A DNA stretch of 64,000 nucleotides from Vicugna vicugna (Eukaryota): NCBI GenBank assembly GCA_013265495.1, contig MU058221.1, positions 3,970,001 through 4,034,000 of the forward strand. The letters run 5' to 3'. Each line of letters opens with the position of its first letter. Position 1 is the stretch's first letter. Both the position numbers and the translations under genes were made by a program. Under the pieces are notes generated by a model. It was not told the origin of the DNA. It ran no database searches and saw only the letters and a list, made by a program, of their open reading frames with translations. Shown one piece after another: positions 12,270-24,700 of the stretch.

Positions 12270-12555
12270 TCCACCGTCTGTTAATTATGCTTGTGCCACA
12301 TACGATTCTAGGTGTTCCAGGTACAACCATGAGCAAAACAGATTAACGTTTGCACTCTTGTAGAACATTTGTCCTTCTGCTAGAAGTTATACAAATAAAA
12401 GTTAACAAGAACAACATGTCTTGTGTTAGATGGTGTTGAGTACCACGGTGAAAATAAAATAGGAGCGGTCCACCAGACGTGGAAAGAGGAAGGGGAACTT
12501 CACGATTTTAAGGGAGGCGGATGGGCTAGGCTTCACTGAGGCTGTGACCCTTTAA
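12270..12555 (-). mobile_element. L2a 3' fragment
   Basis: tgtgccacatacgattctaggtgt..atgagcaaaacaga..aggcttcactgaggctgtgac. Confidence 0.65.
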
Positions 12556-12668
12556 AATATGTGTGTTTCCAAATCTGTATGTGTGTCAACACGTAACATT
12601 TCCGACATAGGAAATTTACCACTTTATTTTATTTTCTATTTTGATATGAAAAATATATGTTGGATGTA

Positions 12669-13012
12669 CAGGAGAGGCAGACCCTTGAACAACAGATTTG
12701 AACTGCGTGGGTCCACTTCTACGTGGATATTTTTCAACAGTAAGTATTGCGGTGCTGTACTGGTTGAACTCTGCACGCGGAGATGTGAATGTGGAGGAAC
12801 CACATATACGGAAGGAAAAGAATAAACATCACCTTCTTAATTTTAATTAAGTCTCAACGTAGCTGTCTGTGCCCTAGTTCTTATTCGAGCTTATTCCCTG
12901 CCCTCACCTCTCTCTCTCTTTGTGGTTGGAAGGCGAACCACAAACCGTAAGCCGGTTTTCGATTTCCTGGAGTGTCCTCACCCCCACACTTGCACTGTTC
13001 AAGGGGCAACTG
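12669..13012 (+). mobile_element. Tigger2a-type (TcMar-Tigger) MITE, interrupted at 12816-12927
   Basis: TIRs gacccttgaacaac / tgttcaaggggcaactg; TA on both flanks; tttgaactgcgtgggtccactt core. Confidence 0.85.
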
Positions 13013-14749
13013 TATTTGCATATGTATTTCTGTGCACATTGGGCATCTTGATCTACACCACACACAAACACATTTTATTCGTATATATGTATATATATAT
13101 GTAAGCTCTTACATATTTCTTATACTTACATGTTTACACTTTATATCTTTACACATAAGTCCATATATTTATACATATATATATATACTCTTATTTTTAT
13201 GTGTGCCTAATATTTTTCACAACATTTTCACAGACACCATGAATGTTGCACTACCTGATTTTACACTTCTAGCTTAGTTTTTGCCAGATACAGTTATTCT
13301 CTACAAGGAAGTATTGGCGTTTTTTTTCCGTTCACTTTAAGGAAGTTCTGGACTTACGATGGTGCATGGAGTCGGTACAGTGAAGTTTAGGTTTGCGCTG
13401 GGCTTTGAGCATTGGCGAAAAGGAATGCTGGGAATCTATCTGAGTCAGTTACTGGGAGGTTTAAGACACAAGACCTCTAAGGTCTAAGTGAAAACAAAGT
13501 CTTTGGAAATTCTGGAGAACATCACAGAAAGTGTTGGGAAGAAAGAAAGTATCAAGTGAGTCTAATTCAGGATAATGTTCGTGATGTTAGAAGCACAGAG
13601 CCTGGGAGACAGTCAGAAGACGTTTTTTAGGGCATTGAGCTCTATCTCAGGCAGTTAGAATTTTGTATGACTTTCACGGAGTCTTCAAAGCCAAGGACAA
13701 TCCTGACACCACCATCCCAGGAGGCCACCGCTCACCACAGCCCAAACGACTGCGTGCCTGACAGATGGAGGGGGGAGGCCTTGAGATTGATCATCAAATA
13801 TAAAATCACACTGCTAATTGCCTTTATTTTATGCCCAATCCAAGAAAAATAAATCTGCTCTCTCAAATTAATGAAAATTGAAAAAGAAAAGAAAAACCAG
13901 GAGTAATGTGGCCATTAGGAAAAGGTAATCAGCATTTCACTTAGCAACGCAAGTTTAATCACGTTAGTTATCGTAGGAGGCGATGTTGAGGCATAAGGTC
14001 TTACGTTGGATTGAAATTGATCGACTCTAGAACATGCCCTTCAACTGAAGAAAAGAAATAACTTGATCTTTGAAGCCATCAACATTATAAAGCTTCTTTA
14101 AAAATATAATTTTCTCTTGGGGAAGTTTGATTGATCACTTCTAAGCAGGCTGTCAGCAAGTGTCATAATTTTTCAATAATTTGGACAGACCTCATCTGAA
14201 GATGAAGACTGATAGTCAAACAAAGGGGAGGACATATGCTTTGCAAGCCCACGTAGGAGAGAGGAATAATTTCCAATTTATATGCAAAACAACAAATATG
14301 TATAATCCATTCCTTCCGGCTCAATTAGTTAAAAAATAAAAGACAGTGAATGAGGGAGACTGATTTAGCAACACGGTATTCTAAGCATAACATTGGTGTT
14401 TCCAAAGGGAGCCAACTAATTGGTTACATCAGTACTTTGCCGGCCTAGCAAGTCACACATGAGCTGTGCCAGGTCCCTGACTAAAACGCCTAAAAGCCAA
14501 AGCTCATGGAAGACAATGAAAGAGGAACACTGGCATTTCGCTTACCAGACACAGGGCTAAATCAGACACTGGATTGGCAACAGAGGATGTTGGTTTCTAG
14601 AGGCATTTTTCTATTGTATTTCTAGGAAAAGAATAAACATCAACTCCTTAATTTTAATTAAGTCTCAATGGAACTGTCTGTGCCCTAGTTCTTATACGAG
14701 CTTATTCCCTGCCCTTCAGCTCTCTGTGTCTCATACACAAACCCACAGA

Positions 14750-14769
14750 CACACACACACACACACACA
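14750..14769. repeat. (CA)n microsatellite
   Basis: Directly visible. Confidence 0.9.
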
Positions 14770-15165
14770 AAACATTATGTACTTACATGAACTTAACAGA
14801 CAAATTAAATGGAGAAAACCTGGTGCTCTAACATTCCTCTGATTGAAAAACAGCGCCATGACGAAGTCCCGTTTACACTTGTGCAAACGTCCCGCAGTTT
14901 GAATTACTGCAGGAAGGGGCCATCTTTACATTTTCGTGCAAAGTCAAGGTGCATGCTCACCCATACCGTGACCAACTGTAAACACAAAGTAGAAAACCTG
15001 CAGTTGGAAAAATGAGAGCAGGCTAAATAGGAGAACACGTCTTGTGCTATTGGTGTCTGAAAACATTCAGTGACTCCGAAAGACTACCCAAATCCTTCAA
15101 ATTTTTGGCCAGACCGGCTAAGGTCGGCTCCGATCCTCTGAAACCTAGCATTCTTTTCTTGATGG

Positions 15166-15651
15166 TGTTGACTGAAATAAATGTGCAGCCTGAAAGTTGA
15201 GAGTTTTGTTTTATTTGACGGGAGGACTTGAGCTGGGATGATGGCCTCTCAGATGGCGCTGAGGGGCGTAGGGGAGGTATGAAGAGGTAAGGAGAGGAGC
15301 CAGGATATACAGGAGCTTTACAGCAAAGACCAGGGAGTTGGAACAATAAAAGATTGCTTGTTACCTAAAGAAAACCAGGCATCTCGAGTGAAAGAGTTTA
15401 GCGCTTTTCTATGTATGGGAGGGAGCAAGCATTTGGGCTCATCGAATTCATTCCTTTGACAAGCACCGAGCTGTCTAGGGCCAGCGTCCTGCCCTTTCTT
15501 GTTCTGAGTCCCCTCAGGGGGCACCACTGTGAGTGGCTGCAGAGGCCGGGCTGCGGGCTGGTCCTCACTGGGGGGTGGGGAAGCCGCTGATGACTTGATG
15601 GCTTCAGCGTTCTCTGTTTGCTGATGTGGTTTGCAGTATTTTTCGTTCACA
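15166..15651 (-). mobile_element. ERV1 solo LTR of artiodactyl type (ALTR2/MER41-like; family not secure)
   Basis: TG...CA ends; 4-bp TSD atgg/atgt; AATAAA on the minus strand (tttatt 15210-15215); TATA-like motif on the minus strand near 15306. Confidence 0.85.
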
Positions 15652-16043
15652 ATGTCTGCTCTTTTTCCTTAGTACGTGTCCTCCCCTACAAAGGGGTCCA
15701 CATCGCACTATGCCCACCCAAGATCTTTTTCTGCCTCTACTAATGTGTGTTGAGTATGTGAGTGATTGTGTGGGGTAGGTAGGTGGGTGGAGGTCATGAT
15801 AAAAAAAAAATTGTTGAAGACAACCTGGCAACCGCTAGACATCTGTATTCAGTGTTTGGCATACCCTGATCTGTAGTTTTATTTTTCCACCTTGTATGTT
15901 CCTAATATTTCTACCTCTTGCTCGTAAGCTCCCAGTATATTTCTACCATTGTTTATGCTCTCAAGAAACCTTGTGTAGTAGAAATAACAATGAACTTTGA
16001 ATATCATCCATGAGATAGTTTAGTTTAAGAAAACACATATTTC

Positions 16044-16083
16044 TCAAAAAAAAAAAAAGAGCAACAGTGGCTTCTAAAAAAAA
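16044..16083 (+). mobile_element. L1-mediated orphan micro-insertion (A13 + 17 nt + A tail)
   Basis: Flanked by 17-bp direct repeats (15/17) at 16027-16043 and 16084-16100, at a TT/AAGA endonuclease-type site. Confidence 0.65.
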
Positions 16084-16899
16084 AAGAAAACACAACTTTC
16101 AACCATAAAGACTTGGCGTCAGAGTTTTTATCAGGACAGACGTGATGTGGGGAAAAATAATTTAACCTTTCCTCATCTATTAAAAGGAAATTTTTGAGTA
16201 ATTGTTGAGGTATTCAATTAAAGTGTGTTTAGAATGTTAAGAATGCAGTGTTAAATTACTTCACTAAGTGGAGGAAAGTTACAGAAATCGTGCTCTTTAA
16301 TTCAGCTTTTTTTTTAACCTCTTAGCAAATTCAGAAACACAATAGTATCCAGATGCATTTCACTTGCAATTATTAACCGTTAGTTGGATTATGTCCACGT
16401 GACACTCACTAATAATGTAATAAAAATTTAGCACATTATTAAAGCCTTGTATAGTTTGATGTTCTTCAGCAATGAGCAAGATTTATATTTTTTCGCTTAA
16501 TTCCAATCTGTTGCCTTTGTTATCAAATTGTATGATTAAGACCTTAAGATGTCACTCAGTTGTGCTTCTGTCACCCCTCCTCACGGCTTAGTCTTTGTAA
16601 GAGTTACCAGTTCTTGGAAGGTAGCTAAAGTTTTGCAGAGAAGCAGCGTGCATTCCGAAATGGAATCTTATTAAATACATTTGTATTTGCTGTAAAGGGT
16701 AGGGAGCACGTACAGTTCCAAATGTTTGCATATTAGGCGTATATTTCTAGGCACACTATTATTATTTTGCATAGCAAGTTTAAATTGAATGGTTATATCC
16801 GTAAATAATTGTCTGAGTGTCCACAAGCATCACATGTAACTGTAGGCGCCAGTAGGGAAGCTGCGGCTGGTTCCCATTTGATGTGTGAAGAAAATAGTG

Positions 16900-17040
16900 T
16901 AAGTTCATTTGCATAAATAGTCATTTGCTAAATGCCTTCTGTATGTAAGACATCACAACAGGCACTGGGAAAGGGAAATGCAGTGCTAACAAAGTACTCA
17001 GGCTTGCAAGATGTTTATGATCAAAACAGAGAGGAAAACA
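16900..17040 (-). mobile_element. L2 3' end fragment
   Basis: ttcatttgcataaatagtcatttgctaaatgccttctgtatgtaagaca..aggcactggg. Confidence 0.55.
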
Positions 17041-17734
17041 TAGTTATGAATAATTATCCATACTAGGAAGAGGTGAATAAAGACCACCTTCCTCCGGACC
17101 ACTGCATATGCATAAGGTGAAATGCATCATGAAATTACTCTATACCCACCTTTTGTTTAGGACTTTTTTTCCTGTGACTTCCTTTGCCTGTCTTTTCTAG
17201 CATTTCCCTAGTTCACATCCTCCTATCTCTTACCAGGATTTTCTCTCTCCTGCAACGAGACCTATTTTGAATAATGTTATATTTTCTGTGACAACGTATT
17301 TGCTTTAAAAATTCATTTGAATAATAGCGCACCCTGGTGTGTCTCTCCAGGTATTTTGCTTTAGAGGTAGTTGGCACTTACCGTGTTCAAATCAGATATC
17401 AACATTTCAGAAAACATATTCAACCTTCGGAAGTATTTTTCTATCTTTATAACACGTTTTGTTAATTAACATAAAAACTGAAGAATTATGTTTCTTGTGT
17501 GAAATGAGTAAAGCTCAAAAAGAGGGTTTGGTGAGAAACATAGTAAGGAATCTCGTTTGCCATGAACCAGGCACATGATCTTGCAAAGCGCAGGAACTTC
17601 ACCCTGTTGGGCAGCCAAGCTGATTCTTCAGGCTTCGAGGACACACTTGCCTTGTTATGTACAGAGCTTGTCGCTGCTACTATCAGATTCCTGCTGTGTT
17701 TTCCTTGGAATGAGCCCGTCACACTGTGTGCTGC

Positions 17735-18050
17735 TTTTTTAATTGAAGTATATTCAGTTTACAATGCGTCAGTTACTGGTGTACAACGTAACGTCCCAGT
17801 CATACATATACCCACATATATTAGTTTTCGTTTTTTCTTTTTTGTTATAGGTTACTACAAGATATTGAATATAGTTCCCTGTGCTATATAGAAGAAACGT
17901 GTTTTTTAATCCATTTTATATATAGTATTTAATATTTGCAAATCTTGAACTCCCCATTTATCCCTTCCCACTCTTTTTCCCCCTGGTAATCATTAGCTTC
18001 TTTACTATGTCTGTGAGTTTATTTCTGTTTTGTAGATAAGTTCATTAGTA
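17735..18050 (-). mobile_element. Lineage-specific L1 3' UTR
   Basis: ttttaattgaagtatattcagtttacaatg..ggttactacaagatattgaatatagttccctgtgc. Confidence 0.9.
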
Positions 18051-18079
18051 TCTATCACTCTCTCTCTCTTTTTTTTTTT

Positions 18080-18195
18080 TTTTATTTGTCCAACATATAT
18101 TTAGTGAATAGCTACCAGGCACTTTACTATGTGTGTGTAATACAAGGAAAAGCAAACCTGACATGGTCCCATCCTTTGTGGAACTCTGTTTCCTA
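18080..18195 (-). mobile_element. L2a 3' end fragment
   Basis: caacatatatttagtgaatagctaccaggcact..gacatggtcccatcc..gtggaact. Confidence 0.6.
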
Positions 18196-19409
18196 CCATT
18201 GGAGTATATTTTGCTACAATTCTCCCTTATTCATTTCTATTTATATGCAAATATTTCATGTACAAATTTAGGGAGAAAGTAATTTGACAAACTGATTGTT
18301 ATTTTGTGATTATAAACCATGTATCCTTAAATAAATTGTATCCATGCAATTTCTCCTCTGGAGCAATACCTTCCTTTTTTTTTGGTTGGTTATGTCTATT
18401 AAAGTAGATATTGGTTGGTTGATCAAAGCATCAATCCCTACAGTGTTATCAACCTAACTGGGCTACTTTAATTTAGTTTTTGTCATAAAATGCAGTCACA
18501 GAATATTAGCACATGAAAGCACCCAGAGTTCATATAGTCCAAATACTAATTTTACTACAAAGCATTGTCTAGAGAAGCAAAGTGAATCATTAAACATCTT
18601 AAACCAAATTACTGGTGACTAAGCCTGGCCACTCGGAGGCATTGCAGTGTTGCAGCGGAATGCAGAGAGAATTCACTGCATGGCTACTGTTCGAATGGCA
18701 CATGATATGGGTTTAAATCCTGCCATTGTGTCCCATTGCCCTCCTGCAGATTCTACAGAATTTACTTTCCTGTTGCGAATATTATCTTTAGCACAAACGA
18801 CTTGACTTGGCAATTTGTGTGACACAAATATTTGCTTAAGTTATCTATTTTAAATTGGTAATTGACAAGCAATACAAATAGAACATTTGCCTTTTAATTT
18901 ATTTGAACAATCTAAATATAGATTTATTTTTAACCAGTTGATCCCTTAAAGAGAAAGGAAATTCAGCCTTTGCTCTATACGCATGTATCCTCCTAATGTA
19001 ACATCAGATATAGATTCTTGTGAATTCTTGGCTCCGCAGGCTCACGCTGTTAAAGGAACGTGACTTTTCTGTTAGCCAGCTGTGCCATCGCTGTGGGCTT
19101 CTGTGATGGCAGGTAAAGAACCTACACACTGCTACTTCCCGTGCAACGCCCACGTCAGAGGGATGTGTTTCCACGGCCGAGTCAGCCCAAAGACTCCGCA
19201 AGACCTTTGCAACAGAGTAAGCGTGGCAGCCACTGTTAACTCATCATCGCTTCTGGCAGATGAAAAGCAATCCAGTTGATCTCCTTCAGACAAATTGTAA
19301 TTTTAATATAACATTACTTGTTATCTACCTTTTTTCTTTCTTTTTATAGTTTTTCAGAATCTGGCACTTAAGTTGTTCCCCCCACCTTGATGTCTAGATT
19401 TTTTCCCCC

Positions 19410-19479
19410 TTTTATTTATTTTTATTTTTATTTTTAAATTGAAGTATAGTCCGTTACAATGTGTCAGTTTCTGGTGTAC
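19410..19479 (-). mobile_element. Very short L1 3' terminus
   Basis: (TTTTTA)n tail then ttgaagtatagtccgttacaatgtgtcagtttctggtgtac. Confidence 0.85.
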
Positions 19480-20289
19480 GGACGAGGACACTTAAGTTTC
19501 AATTCAGTAGTAAATCACACACCATTTTTGTGGTTAACCTGGTGCAATACAGTGGAGTAGTGTATGTCCCACACTGATATAAAATAAATCAAATGAACAG
19601 ATTTTTGTTGTGCATGAAGTATTTGTTGAACACTGTGTTCCATTTTTAATATGAGAGATCTGATTCTAAGGGGAACATGTGAACACACATTATATGATTA
19701 AAACACTGAAATGAATTTTAGGGTCAGTCAATTTTGTAAAAGTTCAAAGATGGGGAAAAAAAATCCTTTGGCTTTAGTAGTTTCAAAGACTTTTTAAGAA
19801 GCATCGCACTTAAATTCAGCTTGGGAAGGTTGGTAAATTTTTAATGTTCTGCCAAGGTGATAAGTTAGGGTTTAATGGTTAGGGAAAGGCTGAATATTTT
19901 AAATATATTTGTTTGATATATTTAAATATTTATTAAATACATATAATATACATAAAGAAGCTGCATTCTAGTAGGTGAATTTCATATAAGTGCATATATA
20001 TATACACAAATTAATTCCTATAAAACAAGAAGAAATAAAAGAAGGTGTTTATTCTATATTCTTTGGGGAATCACTACTATTATAATCTAGGAGGTAAGAG
20101 TTACCTCATTTATAAAAATTTTAGAAAAGACAGAAAAATTGCAAGCACTTTTTGGAGCATAAAGCAATTCATTAATTTGTCAGCCACCTATATCTAACCT
20201 GAAAATACGGATTTAGGTAAAACTGATTGAGACAAATTAAATATCCTCGAATAATGGAATTAAAATCAGAATGTTTTGAGCAATTATTC

Positions 20290-20443
20290 TTGGCCAGATA
20301 CTGTTAAGTATTTGCATGCATTATCTCCGTCTTCATAGCAGACGGAACGTTCGAGGATTAGAGAGATTAAATGGCATAACCGTATACTTAGTAATTGGGA
20401 AAACCTGGGCTGGATTTCATATTTCAGTGATTACAAAAGCATG
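20290..20443 (-). mobile_element. MIR SINE fragment
   Basis: gccagatactgttaagtatttgcatgcattatctc..agagagattaaatg..agtaattgggaaaacctggg. Confidence 0.6.
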
Positions 20444-20620
20444 AGAGGGTGAGGTATTGAATTAAAGAGCTCTTTTATTGTTTGTTTATTTTGAATCACG
20501 CAGAGTCTCATTCGCAGTCTGAGTGACTTCATGTGAACATCATCTTTTCTTATAATTTGTTATCAGCAGAGTCACCATTTTTAATCCAATGTTTGTCTCC
20601 CTAAATCAAAAGCAAGTGTC

Positions 20621-21730
20621 AGTCGATTTTTGTGTGTGGTGAAGGAGTGTTCTGACTTCGTTGATTTACGTGCTGCTGTCCAGCTTTCCTGGCACCACCT
20701 GCTGAAGAGACTCCTTCTCCGTTGTTTCCTCCATCCTGGTCTCCTTTGATAAAGATTGACTGACCACATGTGTGTGGATTTATTTCTGGGTGCTCTGTTC
20801 TGTTCCACTGAGCCACGTGTTTGCTTTTGTGCCAATACCACACTGTTTTGATTACTGCAGCTCTGTGGTATTGTCTGAATCTGGGGGGGTTACGTCTCCA
20901 GCTTTGTTCTTTTTCCTCAGGATTGCCTTGGATTCCTTTTTTCCTCAGGATTGTCTTTTATGGTTTCATATTAATTTCAGGATTATTTGTTCTAGTTCTG
21001 TGGAGAATGTCATGGGTAATTTGATAGGGGCCACATTAAATCTATAGATTGCTTTGGGTAGGATGGCTACTTTAACAATATTAATTCTTCCAAATAAGAG
21101 CATGGAATAGTTTTCCATCTCTTTAAATCATCTTCAGTTTCCTTTATCAAAATCAGTCTTTCACCTCCTTGGTCAAGTTTATTCCTTAGAATTTTATTTT
21201 TTTGATATGATTGTAAAAGGGACTTTTTTTACTTTCTCTTTTTGATGTTTCATTGTTAGTCTAAAGAAATCAACTGATTTATGTATGTTAATCTTGTATC
21301 CTGCTACCATGCTGAATTTATTTATCAGTTCTACTAGTTTTTGTATGGAATCTTTAGAGTTTTCTATATATATGATCATGTCATCTGCATATAGTAACAG
21401 TTTTACCTCTTTCCTTCCATTTTGGATACTTCTATTTCTTTTTCTTACATGATAGCTGTGGCTTAAAAACTTAAATAGAAGACATGACACCATAAAAATT
21501 CAAGAAAAGAACACAGCCAAAACATTCTGACATCAATTATGGCAATATTTTCTTTGGTCAGCCTCTATAGCACAGGAAACTGTATTTTATATCCTGTAAT
21601 AAATCATAATGGAAAAGAATATGAAAAAGAATATACATACTATAACTGAATCACTATGCTGTATACCAGAAATTCACACAACATTGTAAATCAATTATAT
21701 GTCAATCAAAAATAAAATAAAATAAAAATA
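20621..21730 (+). mobile_element. Twin-primed L1: inverted ORF2 block (20621-21463, minus) plus sense ORF2/3' UTR block and A tail
   Basis: Minus-strand ORFs give L1 ORF2 motifs ([17 protein letters not shown] = RT FADD motif region; WYWHK..QWNR.E.PEINP); sense part resumes tggcttaaaaacttaaatagaagacatgacaccataaaa. Confidence 0.92.
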
Positions 21731-24700
21731 CAGAATGCTCATTATAAATATTACAAAATGCAAATGTTAGTTATGTCTCACTCTGAGAAAACGGCACCTT
21801 GTTTATTATAGCTGACTATTATGAGCACATAATGTTTACCGAGAGCATCAGAAGTGAAGGAAGAGGGTTGGCATGCCATTTCAGTAGAGTAGACCACTGG
21901 AATTACTCATCCTCAAAAAAGAAGATCCTAAGGCTCTGACTATGGTACTGTATTTCAAGCTTATTGTTATTTTTATAAAAAGCTAGTTTTCAAGTGTGTA
22001 TTTTCAAAGCTCGTTTTTATAGAAATATCCTAACTTACGGAAAATCAGTATCAAATCTGTATTTCTTGTTTGCAAACCTATAATGTTTTTTAAAGTTTTA
22101 TTTCTAATCATTTTACTATCAGATTGTCCTGGCTTAGTTATGCCCAAATAGAGAACAAATTAAAGTTCATGAAAAAAAGAATTATCTCAAAGGATCGGAT
22201 TTATTAGAATCTCAATTTGGGATTCGTTTCTTTCAGTATCAGGGAGTAAGTTGTGATGTTGTGTGTTAAGTTTACTGATTCATCTCAGGATTAAGGAACA
22301 ACTACAATTCACGTTCAAACTTTTTTTCCTATGGAGGAGAATCCAGTGAATGTAACTTTTATCAATATGTTCAAACATACTTGATAAAATTTGGGGCTAT
22401 AACTTTGAGATGTTTTATAATTTCAATTCTTATCACTCCTTGAGATTTTGAATTCAACAAGGCTGTATCTCTTGTTATGTAAATGTCTGACTTGGTAAAC
22501 TTTCAATCTTCAAAGTACTCAAGGTGAGCTATTTAAGATGGTTTGTTCTGATAGGACATGAAAACATGCTTAGTTTGCGGAGTGGTAATGATCCTAAGAG
22601 GTATAAAATTTCAGAAGTTGAATATTAGCAAAAACTTCCATCTCAGTAAAATATTATTTTAAAGTAGGTCTTATGTACCATCTAATTTTCCCCAGATGAT
22701 TTTCCCCAATAAACAAGAAATCTTTATAGCCTCAAAAGACAGATAATTGGAATCATCTAGATTAAAACGTTCTTATATGGACCTAAACACAAAAGCTGAG
22801 ACTGATTAAATAAATAACACGACATCCTAGCAATGCCGTGGTAAAGCCTAGAATTCAATCATTCTGATAGCTCCTTTCTCAAGTTTACACTTTCCAGGAA
22901 AACTAAATATGCTTAATTATTTAGTCTGTGCTTAGAAAGCAGTGTATCTTTGCTCATTACTCAGGTCAATTTAGTTGCTTAATTACATATGTGTGTATAT
23001 ATATATACATGCATATATTAATATATATTTTATATATAGCTACATGAGTATATTTTCCCTGTAGAACTGTCTAGAAACCAGGTCACCAGACAGTCATGAT
23101 GTGGAATCTCGTGATGTAGTCTTATCGCCTACCATCCTGCTTAGCTTATAATAAATACTTAACCAAAGGCTACATCTTTTGTTGTAAAAGGGAGGACAAT
23201 TTATTTTGTTGTATTTCCTTTGGTTCTGTTTGAAGATGTAAAAGGAAATTGAATGCAAAAGTTTTTGTGAGCAACCGTCTCAAAAACAGCCCACTGTTTT
23301 ATCCAGAAAGACATAAAGTGGACTACTTGATGCTAATAGGAGCCATGATCCTGTAAAAGGCAATGTCCTCTTAAAACTCCAAGATTGATTTTATTTGTTC
23401 TAAGTATAATTAAGGTAATTCACAAGAGTGGCAGCTTTATTACGTGTTTTATTTTACAGTCCCAGGCACTACTTATTAAACATTCCATTTTGCAGTGCCA
23501 TCAAAAAATTCTTAAGTTGGATATGGACACAGTTGCTTTGTATTAAACAATGTTGGCATTTTAGATCTGTAATCTGGGGTTCAGAATTAATTCATTTAAA
23601 TGATAGTTAAGAAAAATCCAATAGTGATTTCCTTAAAATAAAAATGAACAGGAAAACAAACTCAGGCATGTTATTTCATGTCTTCTGTGGGCTCCATGAT
23701 GAAGTAATTACGTAGTCAGTGATTAATCACTTCTAGCCAACAGTGAGGGTATTGTAATTCTGGAAAATAATGCATTCTCCTAAAATGGTTGGATAATAAC
23801 TAACTGAGCTTAACACAAACACTGAGATTATAAAGAAAAGACAATGAAAATAAGAGCGCTCCTTTAGAAAAGCAGAGATAATATAAATTAATATGCAAAT
23901 ATGTTAATCAGTGCATGTGATTTCCTGGATGTACATTAAAATGGAACAAACATTGGTAGAGAAGTTTCCTTTGGGTTTCCTTGCAGGCGCATAGGCGTAG
24001 AATATTTTGATAGGATTATGAGCTTGAGAATCCTATATTCTAATGTCATGTTTTCATTTGAAAAGGGAATTAATTACAAATTTGTATGATATATGTAACG
24101 AGGACAATATATTGTAACTATTCCTTTTTTTGTACTACTCCACATGAATTGTGTTCCATTGAGAGATCTGATCTCCAGTGATTCCCCTTGGGTTTAGGGG
24201 TCAGTAAGTAGACAGAGGATCCAACTTCCAAAGCAATGAAACATATGAAAACCTTGACAAGAGAAAAATTACTTCCTCAAATTCATAGTAAGCCCTCATT
24301 TTAAATATAAAAATTCAGACTTGATGCATACACATTCAGGTTACGAAACAGAACCAACAGAAAACTGGACCTTCTATTCCCAAAATATTAAACAAAAGAA
24401 TGTTTAATGCGTCTAAAGGCAGGTGATGAAATGTGAGTGCCCGTGATTCTGTACCTCCTGCACCTAAATGATTGTTAGCCGGGGAGGGTAAAGTCAAAAG
24501 CAGAGTGTTTTTTGATGAGCTTTTGTCTGGACCTTATGGCAACAGAGAGGAGACCGCATAGTCGGATAATCTCAAAGCGGCCTGAGGAGATCATGTGATT
24601 AGGCAGCGAGCAAGCTCATATCTGCATGTTCAAGCCACGTTGGTGCCAATGAGTGTGAAAAGAATAGGCAGATTTTAAGGAATGTCCAGGTTTCCAGTTA

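Noticed and set aside
19083..19111. Hairpin tgccatcgc/gtgatggca as a pre-miRNA
   Set aside because: The stem is only ~9 bp, too short.
20581..21493. Minus-strand ORFs with a reverse-transcriptase motif
   Set aside because: Frameshifted remnants of L1 ORF2, not a gene; the same applies to 32734-32952, 49650-49904 and 57108-57293.
23718..23731. Perfect 14-bp palindrome agtgattaatcact
   Set aside because: Several palindromes of this length are expected by chance in 64 kb.
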